A stretch of DNA of 64,000 bases, taken from assembly GCA_038087875.1 (NCBI GenBank), contig CM075989.1:24740001-24804000 (forward strand), written 5' to 3'. The position numbers were made by a program, and so were the translations under genes. Position 1 is the stretch's first letter; every line of letters starts with the position of its first letter. Below the pieces are notes generated by a model, which made no database searches, was not told the origin of the DNA, and was given only the letters and a program-made list of their open reading frames with translations. Source of the DNA: Malacoraja senta (Eukaryota). Shown one piece after another: positions 63,866 through 64,000 of this stretch.

Positions 63866-64000
63866 AAGATTCAGAACGATTGAGGAAACCATCTGCCACA
63901 AAGGGCAGGAGTGGATAATCTCCAGCAGCTTGGCAGAGACGGTTGGACAAGCCAAACTTTCATCTAACACCCAGAGTTTCACAAAGAAAATTGCCCTGGA

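Overview
Repeat-dense vertebrate genomic DNA with no recognisable host protein-coding exon, rRNA, true tRNA or CRISPR array; probably a large intron or gene desert. The repeat content (HE1-type V-SINEs sharing their 3' end with HER1/CR1 LINEs) points to a cartilaginous fish, most likely a skate or ray (inference). Every long ORF is a retroelement fragment: CR1, Rex1/Babar, L2, RTE and Penelope GIY-YIG. There are three PIF/Harbinger-type non-autonomous DNA elements. The most notable component is a short repeat of about 100-130 bp, seen at roughly 40 loci by eye. It can be tied within this window to a Penelope-like element, because it abuts a GIY-YIG fragment at 8.6 kb and follows an ORF stop plus 3' UTR at 38.4 kb. 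Its consensus starts with a minimal hammerhead-ribozyme motif (CUGAAGA-A-GGGU[CUCG]ACCC-GAAA-CG-UC). It occurs as solo inserts with 7-15 bp target-site duplications, as head-to-head palindromes that often fold back at the ribozyme core, and as 66-bp tandem arrays sharing one junction at five loci. Several repeat-free, motif-rich islands are candidate conserved enhancers. Coordinates were read by eye, and the ends of degraded repeats are approximate.
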